This document shows, piece after piece, positions 38,160-50,368 of a DNA stretch of 64,000 bases. The DNA lies in the NCBI GenBank assembly GCA_015680685.1, contig MNCI01002682.1, forward strand, positions 62,001 through 126,000, given 5' to 3'. The notes under the pieces were generated by a model that worked only from the letters and a program-made list of their open reading frames with translations, ran no database searches and was not told the origin of the DNA. The DNA comes from Gnetum montanum. Its lineage: Eukaryota > Plantae > Gnetophyta. The position numbers and the translations under genes are program-made. Each line of letters begins with the position of its first letter. The stretch's first letter is position 1.

Positions 38160-41100
38160 GTCTATAATAGCCAGTATGTCCAAGGAATGATCGAATATCT
38201 TTTATAGTTTCAGGCTACCGAGTAATTTCTTGGATAACTTTAATCTTTTTAGGGCCTACCTCTATCCCTGTTTGTGAGATCTTATGCCCTAATACTATGC
38301 CTTCTTGGACCATTAAATGGATTTTCTTTTACCAGTTGAGCCTTAAATTGGTTTCTACACATTGCTTTACTACTTGCTCTAACTAGACCAAGGCTTGATC
38401 AAAGTTCACTCCGTAAGTGGAGAAGTCGTCCATGAAGACTTCCACACCATTTTCTATCTACTGCTGGAATATGCTTAGAACTAATCGTTGAAACATTGCA
38501 GGGGCATTGCACAAGCCAAATGACATTTGTTTGTATGCAAATGTTCCCCAAGGACTGGTGAATGTAGTCTTGGCTTGGTCTTCTGGGGCTATTCATATCT
38601 GGTTGTACCCACTGTACCCATCCAGAAAACTATAGTAGCGATGCCCTGCGATGGTGTCTAAGACTTGGTCAACAAATGACAATGAAAAGTGGTCTTTGAA
38701 TGTTGCCATGTTTAGTAGCCTGAAATCTATGCACACCCTTCATTTGCCTCCCTTTTTGGGCACTATAACTAAGGGGCTAACCCATTCGTTATCAACAATG
38801 GGGTATATGAACCCATCTTCGAGAAGCTATTCGATTTATTTCTTAACTACTTGCTTCAGCTTTGGGTTTAATCGCCTATGCAGTTGTCTTCGAGGCTTCA
38901 TGGAGGGGTCGGTATAAATTCTATGTTGGCATATCCTAGGATCTATTCTAGTTAATTTGGGATATGACCAAGCGAAAGCTTTCGATCATTTATTTATCAC
39001 TTTCAGTAGTCTTTCTTTTTGTTGAGGAGCAAGCTTCGCGTTAATAATTACTAATTTTTCATTTTTAAGAAACATGTATTCCATATTGGTGGGCAATGGT
39101 TTTAGCTCAAGGGGCTCTTTCTTAAACTTATCAGGGATTTCCAACTTCCCCCAGTTGATATTTTCAAGGTCAAGACTTGGAAGTTGGCAATGGACTTGCT
39201 CTAATGTGTCTATGCTATCGATGTAAGCGCAAGTCAGACCCTCAGTTGGTTCTATGCATATAGTTGAACTACTCTCTTGATCAGCTGTCAACCACTAGGT
39301 GCCTTCCTATATTGTGGCTGCTGCATACAGGCATCTTTTTATATCAGTCACTTGTGCACATTGATTGCATGTAGGCAATGTTAAATGTTACATGAACCAT
39401 GACTTATGCATGCAATTACACCCTGAGTCATTGTATGCGATGCATGGAACTTTCTTCTTCTCAATCTTTCCAAATGTATTTTCCTTCGATATTTTCAGGG
39501 AAAGATTGTAGATTCCTAGGCATGCATCAACTGTGCTTAGCCATGCTCTTCCCATTATGATTGGGAAGTCTCCCTTATCGTTGTTCACTTGAATCACTAG
39601 GAAGTCAGCTGGATATGACCACCCACAAACAGTGGTGACAATGTCCTCCACTAGTCCCAATGGGACAGTGATGGACTGGTCGACCAACGAATGTTACTCT
39701 TTTTTAGCAGAGGCAAGTTCCAAGCCTTGTACATTTCTTGAGAAATCAGGTTAACACTAGAACCTGAATCCAAAAGAGCTTTGCAGGGCTCATTTTCAGT
39801 GATTTGTAGATATATTAGAGGACTTCTAGAATCAGAGAATTTCCTAGGAAGATGGCTAGCTTTTATCCAATCGGTGACGGCATGAGTTAACATGACCATA
39901 TGCGTTGAGCATGGTTTTTGGGTTGAAGGGTGCTTTGAAGCTTCAAGTAATAGTGAGGCGATTGAAGAATCAGCCGCTTGTGGTTGCAAGGGCTTAGTTG
40001 GACTATTGGTTCTAAAGAAAGGTCTTTTCTTCATGCGGTTGTCAGAACCAACAGTAGGTTGAGGGTTAATAGCCCTTGTGGCATTACATTGCTGCGACTA
40101 GGTAGGGATTTCACCTTGCATAGCTGGAGCAAGTGGTAATGGAGTTAAGGGTGGAAGAGGTGTAGCCGAATGAGAAGGATGGTATGTTTGTGGAACATCA
40201 CCCCTAGGAGAAGGACTCCTTTAGTACTCACAAGCTTGGTAGTGAGGTTGAGGAGTAACATGACCAGTAGAGTCACGTGGAGAAACTAGCTGCTGCATGT
40301 AGTATCCATACGAGTTAGGTTTTCGGTAAGGATACTATTGCCTTGGTGGTGGCATTCCCCATGATTGAGGGTACTGCCATTGTTGATACTGCTCGATCGA
40401 TTGTGATGAAGTTCCACTTGGATGATACATTAAGGGTTGGTGGAACTATCTTAAGTTACCTTGAGGATAAGGTAACCTTCGGGGTGTTTGCCTTTTGTTT
40501 AATCGTGGGTTGAGTGCATACACTCCAAACTCCTACAGATGTGAGATTATAGGGAAACATCCCTTAGGATGGTCATATTGGCATATCTTGCATCCACTAT
40601 CATTATTTGTATCTGAATACACAACCTCTTCGATGATGGCAACTTTGTCCTTACCCTTGTTATGTGCATGTTTAGTTTCTCTCTTTTTTCGTGATCACTA
40701 CCTTACTCTTTAGACTCCTCTACTATTTTGAGAATGGTTTGAAATCTATCATCTAGGGAATCCCACATTTTTTCTACCTTTGCCGATATTTCTGATGCTA
40801 ATTTTTGGATAGGCAAGGTTGTCTTATTCACCATCTCTTTGAGTGGTGACTCTTCTTCATCCTCATAGAATCTTACTCCCCTCTTTTAGAAGGAAGGATC
40901 TCTATTATATTCCTTTGCACTCTCTCTTTTCCTTATCTCACCTTCTTCTTTAGCAACTTGCTCCAATAATCTTTGAACTTGATGGGTCCTAAGCTCAGAT
41001 AGTCTTCCTTGGGCATAATTCCCGAGGGTTCTTCGCATTTCATGCCTAAGCCCATCTACGAGATGGCGTAGTTGATCCTTCTATGAATAACCATGGCTAG

Positions 41101-42100
41101 GACAATGATGTAACAGTGCATAATATCGACCCATGGTAGCATCCAAGGGTTCATGTCCTCCTTGTTTCTAGCCTTGGATTTGCTTTCACAGGTTGGACAC
41201 TCGAGAGTACGTTTGGTACTTATCGTTGAACAATTCTAACATGGTACTCCACCTACGAATGGATTCCGGTTCTAAGGACTGGTACCAACTTTCTGCTTCT
41301 TTGATCAGCATCCATGGGAACAACTTAAGTTTTTGCCATTTACTTTCTATGTTTTGTAAGGCACATGCATCATGAAATGCTTGTAGATGATTTTGAGGAT
41401 CAATGTTGTACCATCCTTCAAATTGTGGGATGTTGTTCATGTCTAATCTCTTGATCCTACTATCTTTTTGGTGCCTTGTTGGGATTTTAATGGCCTCAAT
41501 TATGTCTAGCATACTTCAAGTAGCGAGTAAGGGTTCATCGTGATCGTCTCGTCTGTGGTGTCTATGATGCCTATGTTGTTCCCTACTCTCCCTTCTTTCA
41601 CGGTGTGTTTCTCTGGAGTTCCCTCATCCCCTTTCTTGACTATTTTGTCTATGACTCCTATTTTGCTTACCCTTATCCTCATGGTCTTTTTCTTTGTGAC
41701 TACATCCAGATCTTGAAGGAGAGGGTGAAGAAGATGATGAAGGTGAAGAAGAAGGGGGACCATCACCATGTCAATGCCTACTTCCTTCTCTTCGGTGGTC
41801 GCGGCCTTGATTGCGGTTACAATCGGAATTCCCATCTTCATCATGTGTTCATGTTCATTTTTTAGACCCTTTGTGTCTGTTGGTACTAGAATCTGGGTTA
41901 TGGATAGTTGAGTAAAGATTATGATACACAACCCCTTGATCGAAGTCAATGGGAGGAACATCATTGTGTGGGCGACTGCCTAAGGTAGGTTCACCACCCT
42001 CATTTTCACTTAGGACATGTGGGACGTTCTGCGACAACTTTCCCTTCATGGATTCATGATGTCTCTCCTGTTGCAAATCCCTTTGATGCTGTGCCTCCGT
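38160..42100 (-). pseudogene. Athila gag-protease-RT, disrupted
   Basis: ORF fragments 41186-41512, 39651-40034, 39388-39687 and 38986-39291, plus RT motifs to about 38160. Many stops. Confidence 0.85.
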
Positions 42101-42558
42101 GGGTCAATACTCTCTCGAGTCATGATCATGCATAACGTACTCTGCCTGTGAGTGCTGCATACCAATTCATGTAAGATCACGAAGAAGCATGCTTGGGGCT
42201 AAATGATCGGGAGGTGACACTATGTTACCTTCTAAATATCGCCAACACAACTATTCATCCTGGTGGAAGATAAAGGTAAAGTTTGGTACATATTCATCAG
42301 GATGAACATATACCACATGAAACTATTGAGGGACTGGCAGATTATCATGTGTACTATGCCTCCGATTGTTCCCTGTATCAGACCTAAGTGGTGAAACATT
42401 TTTGTATGAAGAAGAAGCCATGATTGTCTATTCAGTGTGCAATGTATTATTATTTATTATTTTTCTTTAACCAACCCCAAGGGTTCATTCCAACAATGTG
42501 AAAGATTTCCTATGTTCTAGTTAGCACACAAACAACAAAGTCCCCGGCAATGACACCA

Positions 42559-43370
42559 ATGAGTGGTGAAGTATCCCTATGCTCAACCATAAGAATACAA
42601 GCATCCACGCACGATCCGGTTGAATTCCAAGGACTAAGTGCCTATGCGCCTTTGTGGAACAAGAATGGGTTGATCAATTGTTGTCTTCCCAAGCTTACTT
42701 GTATGTCATGATTGTATGGTTAAGTAAACTTGAGGCATATGATTTTTATACTTTTTATGTGTTTTTATGTCCTGCTACTAATAAGGGAGGAGAGAGAGAT
42801 AGCTAAGTAACTAATTTAATTTGACTACTTATTAACTAGGCTCTAACTAATCCTAACACTAGTATCTGTTCTCACTTGTTGTACACATCCTGAACCAGTG
42901 CAACACTACTGGGATTACCAAACGCTAATTGTTACTAGGTTACCAAGTGTTATATGCATGCTCGAAGTGCTCGTACTATGTGTGCTTACTTAGAAGAGTT
43001 GTAGGGTGAGAGAGAATCATTAATTAACTAAGGAAAGCATTAAGTAATAGTAATTAACATTAATTAATCTATTCTGAATGCTGTAAGGTTTATGACAAAG
43101 TTCGTCTTTATTGCCGTACACAAGGTGTGCTGAGGTACACAATGCTTGAATAAAGATTTGTTCACTTTATGACTCCTACTGTAGGCACGTAGAAATAATT
43201 CTAACTCTAAGAAGGAGAAAAGGCAAGAGTTTGGATAAGGGACTACGACTAACTATGCAAACCAAGTGCGCTCGGCTCTTATTTATAGGCAATGAGGTAG
43301 GCTACGATATCATGTATGCGATATTGGATGGAAGGCTGCAATATCGCGTATGTGATATCATAGCTCATCA
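42559..43370 (-). repeat. Athila 5' LTR
   Basis: Direct repeat of 35316-36115, abutting the PBS. Confidence 0.9.
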
Positions 43371-44166
43371 CTTTATTTGTTCTTTATTGTATAGAAAGCC
43401 TTCTAAGCATTTGCAACTTGCTATACTATATAATACTTGCTATAATATATAATACTTTCCCTTATAATTTTGAGAGTGTTTTACTTTCAAATATTATGTA
43501 ACTAGAATCTCAAGTCTTTTGATATTTAGTTGGAAAGTGTAATCTCTCTTCCTAGATTCACAAATTAGCACACTTTTTTTGTCATCATTCATCTTTATTT
43601 TTGTACATTCACAAAATTTTTATAGTTGATGCAACATTGTGTTTAACCTTGTTTTTGAATTTTCTATTAGCGATACATCATTTGTAAAGATTAAAAGTCA
43701 TTTCCATAATTAATCCACTTTAATCCACTCTTCTAGTTCATTAATAAAAATGTTAAAAAAAGTTGGTGAAAGAGGAAAACCTTGTTTTACTCCTATATTA
43801 CTAAAAAACTAATAATATTGTGGAGTTTCTTCATCCTTAAATTCAAAAAGTGTTTTTTTATACATTTTGGATAGTATTAAGTAAACTAGAAACAACTTTA
43901 ATTTTGATGAGTCTACTCCATAATTATTTTCTCATGACAGACTTAAAAGCTTTAGTAAAATCCATGGAGAAAATAAATGTTTTTCTTTATTTGCCTTGTG
44001 CCTTTTTAATATAATATTTGAGAGCAATCAGATGATCTAGTATAGAATGTTTTTTTTTTCTAAATCCTACTTGTGAAATTACATGTGAATTATTTCCTTC
44101 TGCTTTAGATCTTAATTTTTTCTCTAAAATAGTACCTAACAAATTTGCAAACAAATTACTGATCAT
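43371..44166 (-). mobile_element. Old LINE RT segment (host of both LTR insertions)
   Basis: The minus strand reads GFRK...SILDHLIAL, DFTKAF and IGVKQGFPLSPTFFNIFINELEE. Confidence 0.7.
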
Positions 44167-45834
44167 TGAACACCACTAATTTTGGCCTAACACTTTGAAA
44201 CAAGAACAACTCAGAGCCTCTGGAGCTTTTGGGAGGCAAAAATTTGGCTAAGGCATGTAACTCACGCTAAGCTTGTCAAGCCGGGCTTGCCTGAGTGTCA
44301 GCAACTCCAACAACTTCAAGATCAAGTCAAAGATGGTCCAATCTGAGGGTGCAAGTCATCCTCAAGGGTCAATATTGTCCACTTCAAGTTTCAGCATTCG
44401 GGAGTTCAAATTTTGGGCCAAATTGTAGAAATTGTACAAATTTTCTCACTTACGCTGTGGTCACATTGGCAGCATGAGTCCACGTGACCAACTCTAAGAG
44501 CCTCAAAACTGAGTTAAAATGGTTTGATTTCAAAGGTGTAAGTCATCCTCAGGGTTCATTGTTGATAACCTCAAGTCCCAGCATCCAGAATTCTAGATTT
44601 CAGGTCCAAAATTGCAAAGTTTTTGTAGCTCACGCTGGCAACGTGAGTCCAGCATGAGCTACCAAAAGTGGTTCAAAACAAGGCACATCCAAGCTCAGTT
44701 TTTGACTTGCAGATGACTCTTAGGGTCAACCACAGTCAGGCAATTGTTGCATTCAAGAAACAGGCTTCAAAGGAGCAAAAAATTAGTGTGAAATGTGTCA
44801 TTTTTCTTAGGTCACACTGGCAGCATGAGTACAACATGAGTCCAACATGAGTACTGGTCACGCTTGATCAAAAGCATGCCAAACACATGCTGAGGACATG
44901 CCAAGACAAAATCAACTCACGCTGGAAGCTTTGGTGGAATAGAAATGCCTCAAACAGCCACAAAACCACTCAAAGCAACATCCTGCAGTAGTCAATCCAT
45001 GGATCAAGTGAGCTGGAGTAAATTTCTCTTATTGTACACTATCATTTTTGTAAATTTTCACCATTTGTGAGCTTGTTAAGCTCTTACGCTCCAAATTGTA
45101 TCTATGGGCGTAAGCTAGCTTGCGTAAGCTAACACATGTTGTAAGATACAATGCATCCGGTTAAGAACGTAGTTTTCCTATGCATGTCCAATTCACACAT
45201 AGCTATCTATCAAACACATGTCACATGATCCATTTTCCTCTCGTCTCTTAGCCGTTGATTCCATCCATGAATTTCGTACTCGAGCCTAGCCAAACCTTAT
45301 AAATACCCCGTCCATTCACATAAAGGGAGTTGGAAATTTTGAAGGTTGACGGCTTTGGGAGCATTGACTGGCAACTTTGGATGCTCAGGCACACGTGACT
45401 CCTAGCATCCAAGCACTCGTAAACAAATCACTCTAGGGCTTAGCACTTGACTTACCATTCACACACGCAACTACGCTTTGACCGGTGCACATCTTTTTTT
45501 AAGCAATAGAATAAAGTTCATTATTGCCTTCCATTTACATTGTTTGCTCTATTTATGCTTTGTTTACAATATAGTTTTGTATATGCTCTGTTTGTATTTC
45601 ATGCGTCACTGTTTACATTTTGTACGTCATCAGTTATGATAACCCTAGCGCTAGCCATAGCTTACGCTTGGGGAAGTCCTTGGTTGATTTGCATGTAGAC
45701 CATCTAAGGCACTTTGCCTTCATTTCCTTTTCCAACTTGGCCTCACGCAAAGGTAGAGTTGGCTGTGTCTCTTTGACAATCTTTTGACGTTTATTTTCCC
45801 TTTCAGCCTCACATCGACGATTTCGGTCAGTACA
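44167..45834 (+). repeat. Tat 5' LTR
   Basis: tgaacacc...cagtaca; TATA ttataaata at about 45297; direct repeat of 61247-62947. Confidence 0.93.
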
Positions 45835-46449
45835 GTAAATTGGCGCTAGAAGGAGGGCATACCTATTTACTATCCTATCAAAACGTTGATCACACTACCT
45901 TAAACACCATGCAGGCCAGACACTGAACTCAAGTTGAGCTTGCTCAAGCCTAGGTTGCTTAAGTTCACCCTAGTCTGCTCATGCTAAATCAATCAAGCGT
46001 ACAACCCTTCAAATTCTGCAATCATAACCCAAACAGCATACACATGCTGCCTAAACAAGCCACCTCATATATAGCTTGCCAAGTAACGTTCCCATCACCA
46101 CCATTGACTGATGATTGTGAGCTTCTCTCACCACTTACAACTTGCATCTTGCTTGGCTCATGCTTAGCTTACTCACGCTGAGCTTGGTCACTTAGGCTCA
46201 GCTTACTCACACTAATCCCCACCACTCACGCCCAGCTTGACAAGCTTGCTTGCTCATGCTACTATGAAATCTTCCCACATCAACACAACGATGCTGCAAA
46301 TCTCTGACTTTGGGGTCGGGACCTCGAACCCTGTGACTACGACAGAACCCATAACTGCCATTGAAACAATAAACCCTCAAGGGCCAACTCACCAGTCACT
46401 TAGGCTACAGGGTAGGGACCCTACTTATGCGATCCTCACACTGGAATAA

Positions 46450-49400
46450 TGTAATTTCATTTGTGTGAAGATTCAAGCCAAATTACCTATCGATCGCATA
46501 GAAAGAGAGGCAAAGTGAAACTATGAACTCATCTACAAGGGAGGTTGTGAGTTCACTCCCTTAGCATTTCATATAATTCCCCTTTCTGAGCCCCATCATC
46601 GACTCATATCTCAACTTCTCATGGCGAAGAATCAAACTTGATAGCCACCTTTGATAGAGCCTCAGAGCAAAGATAAGGAAGATGACTTTGCGGCCCAAAC
46701 TGATCATGGAGATTCATACCATACTGTTAGTCCTCATGCCCATACAAACCTATCATTCTAACCTTTCTTGGAAGAGACCATACTTCCTCCTTTATTCGCG
46801 AACACTCAGGCATTAGTTTCTCTATAGGAAGTACCCACTGCCATTCCCACCTTCTCCAGGTCCAACATCTAATCTGATACGTCCATCTCCATCATACCTT
46901 CGTGAGTACAATCCCAAAAATCCCCTTCTCAAACTAATGCAGGATCAATTTTTTGACCTCAAGTAATTGGGATGCCATAAGTTATACTAGCTTCCACGGC
47001 CATCCACTACATACCACAAGTACAAACCCATGGAGCACCTCTGATTACTTCAGCCCAACATGTTCAGGGTGTCACCTCACAACCTATGGTTGGGCAGTGG
47101 GTTGCACCAACTGTCCAGCAACACCAACCTACTCACTATAGCATATCACACCTTGCAATCCCATCTTTTAATGTTGCTCCACCACAACAACTAACAATCC
47201 AACAGCCTCCCTTTCCACAAACAATGCAACAGTTGAATTACTATCAATCACAATCCACTCAACCCATCGGTTTGCCTACCTTCCAAGAGTGGGCAGACAC
47301 AAAAAAATGATGCACTCATTAACTGAGGAGTTATAGCATCTTAAAACTGCAAACACTGAGGAAGTCAAGGTGCTGGACTTCTACCAAGATGACCCAATCC
47401 ACCCTTCAGTTCCACCATTAACCTTGCCAAAGGGAATCTCATTACCTCAACTAACCAAGTATAATGGAAAGGGAGATCCAAACACCCATCTGGTAACATT
47501 TATTTAAGCATTTGTTAAATCAAAACTTTATTATTTGAGCGCTTGTACTTTGAGTCAAGCATTCGCACAAATTAAGAACATAGAAGAGGTGATGCAATCA
47601 AGTAATGACCCAGCTTACTTAGCCTTTAAGAGCTAACATATGAGGAAAGATAAGGATAAATCCAAAACGATGGTAGCGGCGGTGGCCGAGACAACCTGAC
47701 CAAACAATTTAGGACAAAGAGGAAAACAACCCACTACTCCAACCAGTCATGAAAGAACCACATCTACACCTACACCTGAATCTTCCTCAATAAAAATCAC
47801 AAACACGGGTCACACTCGTACATTTGAACGAAAAGATCCTACTCAATACACACCCTTGCCTATGAAGCCTTCACAATTGTTAGATCAACTTCTAAAGTTC
47901 GGGTTAATCCAACACAAACAAATGTCCCCCGTGGCATCCCAAAAACATGATCGATTCTGTGAGTTGGCTAAAAACCCAACTTTAGCAATAGCTAATGAAC
48001 CCCCTATTCCAAGAGGCTTTAGGTTGGATAGGTTTTACGAATATCATCAATGGTGTGGGCACGGAATTGCCTACTGTTTCACCTAAAAACAAGAAATACA
48101 GTGCATGATTGACAAGGGTGAAATAGTATTTGACGAGGCAAACTTGGTAAAGCCTCAAAACCAACCCACGGGGGTCTACAAGGATCCTCTCAATACTAAT
48201 GATGCACCATACGTGATCAACACTATCCATGTGGAGAATGGATAAGGCGTCCCTCAAAAACCTTTTGTAATTTGCAGGTCTTCTAAAACTACACCTACCC
48301 CAATGCCTTCCCAAATCCCTTTCATCATACGCACATTCCCTACACCACAAAATCCATTCGTCATCCGTGTACCTCCCTCTGTTGCAATAGCAACCACACC
48401 ATCAGAAAATCGATCCACTCCCTTCATGATCTGGATGCCAAAACACCCTAACATGCAACTCCCTACCATTCCCCCACGACCCCTACGAGAATGCCTTGCT
48501 GACAAGCTGACAAGAGAGCTTCTGGAAAGAGAACATCATGAGTACAAATTAGGACCACCGAAGCCCATACCGCTAAATGCTATTCCTATGGTTCCGCCCA
48601 CCAGTGAGTCTAGCACAAGTCATGAAGACAAGAATACTGGTACTCCCAGTGTCCCAAACTAGTTGCTAACATAAAAATCCCTCCACAAGAGATATGAATG
48701 CTAGGTCAAATGGACGAAGTCTCCACAGACAAAAGAATTCCAAGTGGTAAGGATTTAGCAAGTGCATTGACCCAAGTCACATAGGCTTTGAAACAAAAGA
48801 ACACCTACTTAAGCCTGTATGATCTAGTAATGACTTCATTGGTACATCGAGAAGCTCTCGTGCGTATGTTGACTTTAATTCCTATTAGTGAGGACCTTCC
48901 CACGGATGAGCCGTCCATTTATGCGGTACTGTCCCCATAACCTCAAGAATCAAGGTCCACATCCCTAGAATTTCGTGCCAATGACATTAAGAGAGATGAG
49001 AAAACAGGAGAGGTCACTACAGCCCCTATGTTCATAATAATACAAGTCAACCACTTCAAGATATGTAGGGTGCATGTTGATGACAGTGCAGCAACAAACG
49101 TAATACCCTTTCCTGTAATCGAAAAACTGGGTCTTATAGAGAAAATACGACCCACAACAACATCTTTTTAAAAATCCTTCAATGGTTCCCATGTCATGGT
49201 AAAAGGCATGTTTACCTTGGATTTTGTAGCAAGGGACTAGTTCCCCACATCGGTTGAATTCGTAGTGGTTGATGAAATGCCAGGGTTCAATCTAATTCTA
49301 GGACGACCTTGGCTAGATCAACTTAGAGCCATATCCTCACCAATCCATCAAGAAATCCACCTACCTTATGAGGGCAGTGAAGTTGTCATACACGGGGACA

Positions 49401-49690
49401 CGACAACATCACTCACTTCCATGCACCCAGGAATGGATCAAGGATCAGAGGTTGAGTTCTCTGATCCTAAACAAGAAACCATGAGCACACTTCAAGACAT
49501 GAAGTAACCATTAACTCGTGATCCTACTAAAACTAAGGAAGCACTGGACGACATCAACATAGGAGCCATTCCCATTGACGTCTCTTGGTCAGAACTACCT
49601 TTTAGCATCTCCAGTGAAGGGGAAGGGAAGTATAAGATCATACCTACATGTCCTACCCCTCACATCAAAGCACGAAAAATAAAAAGATGA
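46450..49690 (+). pseudogene. Tat gag-protease, disrupted
   Basis: KYNGKGDPNTHL gag motif (about 47460), degenerate C-x2-H-x4-H-x4-C knuckle (YEYHQWCGHGIAYC), protease RVHVDDSAATNVIP and FNLILGRPWL. Confidence 0.8.
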
Positions 49691-49715
49691 CTCAATAGCT
49701 AGAGCAAACTTCACT

Positions 49716-49965
49716 AGCGTTCGGAATGACATTAAACTACCAACCGTCTAGTATGACGTTAAACTGCTAGCGAATGTCTGCAATGACATTAAACTAGCCA
49801 CGATCAGAAATGGCCAGTTTCTTTTGAGTTCCCCAAAACTGTTATCGCTTTTGGCCCACTATGGCCTAAAACTAGTAATCCCTCATTCTTTTCTTTCAAC
49901 ACAAATACAAGTCCACCATGACTTTAAACTGATGTGCACAGCCCGAAATGGCCTTAAACTAGAGC
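49716..49965 (+). ncRNA. Array A of predicted pseudoknot units (about 6)
   Basis: Repeated nGTC/GCC-stem-A-Y-GAC/GGC-NN-TAAAC-T-stem' units with complementary, variable stems. Confidence 0.55.
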
Positions 49966-50368
49966 TTAGTAAGTCGCAAGTTTACAAACTTTCATTACGT
50001 TATGTCAAATTTTCATTTACATGTCATAAGTTATAATTTCAATTAGTGCATTCTTGTTACTTTTTCCTTTTACAAATATTTGCCTTACGTTTCGTTCTAC
50101 ATTTTGAAATCTCATTTTACGTTCAGCTACATGCATATGTTCACAATATACCTAAGAAAACAAGAAAAACAACGAAAAAAAATAAAATGAGAAAACATAT
50201 AAAAATAAATAAATCTTGAACGCCAATATGGTAATAGAATTCCAACACATTATGCCATGATTAGATCCATATCATTATATCTATCCATCATATATTTCCA
50301 TTAAACATCCAAAAATCCAAAACATTTAATAACTAAAGCCGGATTAACAGTTAGCTCATGCATTAGTA

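Larger units (their letters stand above)
35316..43370 (-). mobile_element. Ty3/Gypsy Athila-type LTR retrotransposon, degenerate, internally deleted (no RNase H or integrase)
   Basis: LTRs 35316-36115 and about 42559-43370; TSD CTTTA; PBS TGGTGTCATTGCCGGGGA (tRNA-Asp type) at 42541-42558; PPT-like tract at 36116-36124. Gag (DPQNHLQAF..C; KLKLFPW.L...AESW), protease (ALLDSGSSVNLI; ADFLVI; PIIMGRAWL) and RT (LDGYSGYNQI; HLMVQEGIVLGHKIS; IRSFLGHTGYY). Confidence 0.92.

Noticed and set aside
45841-45858. tRNA gene
   Set aside because: Only the complement of a tRNA 3' end (PBS); the same applies to 42541-42558. The SINE heads are also not full tRNAs.
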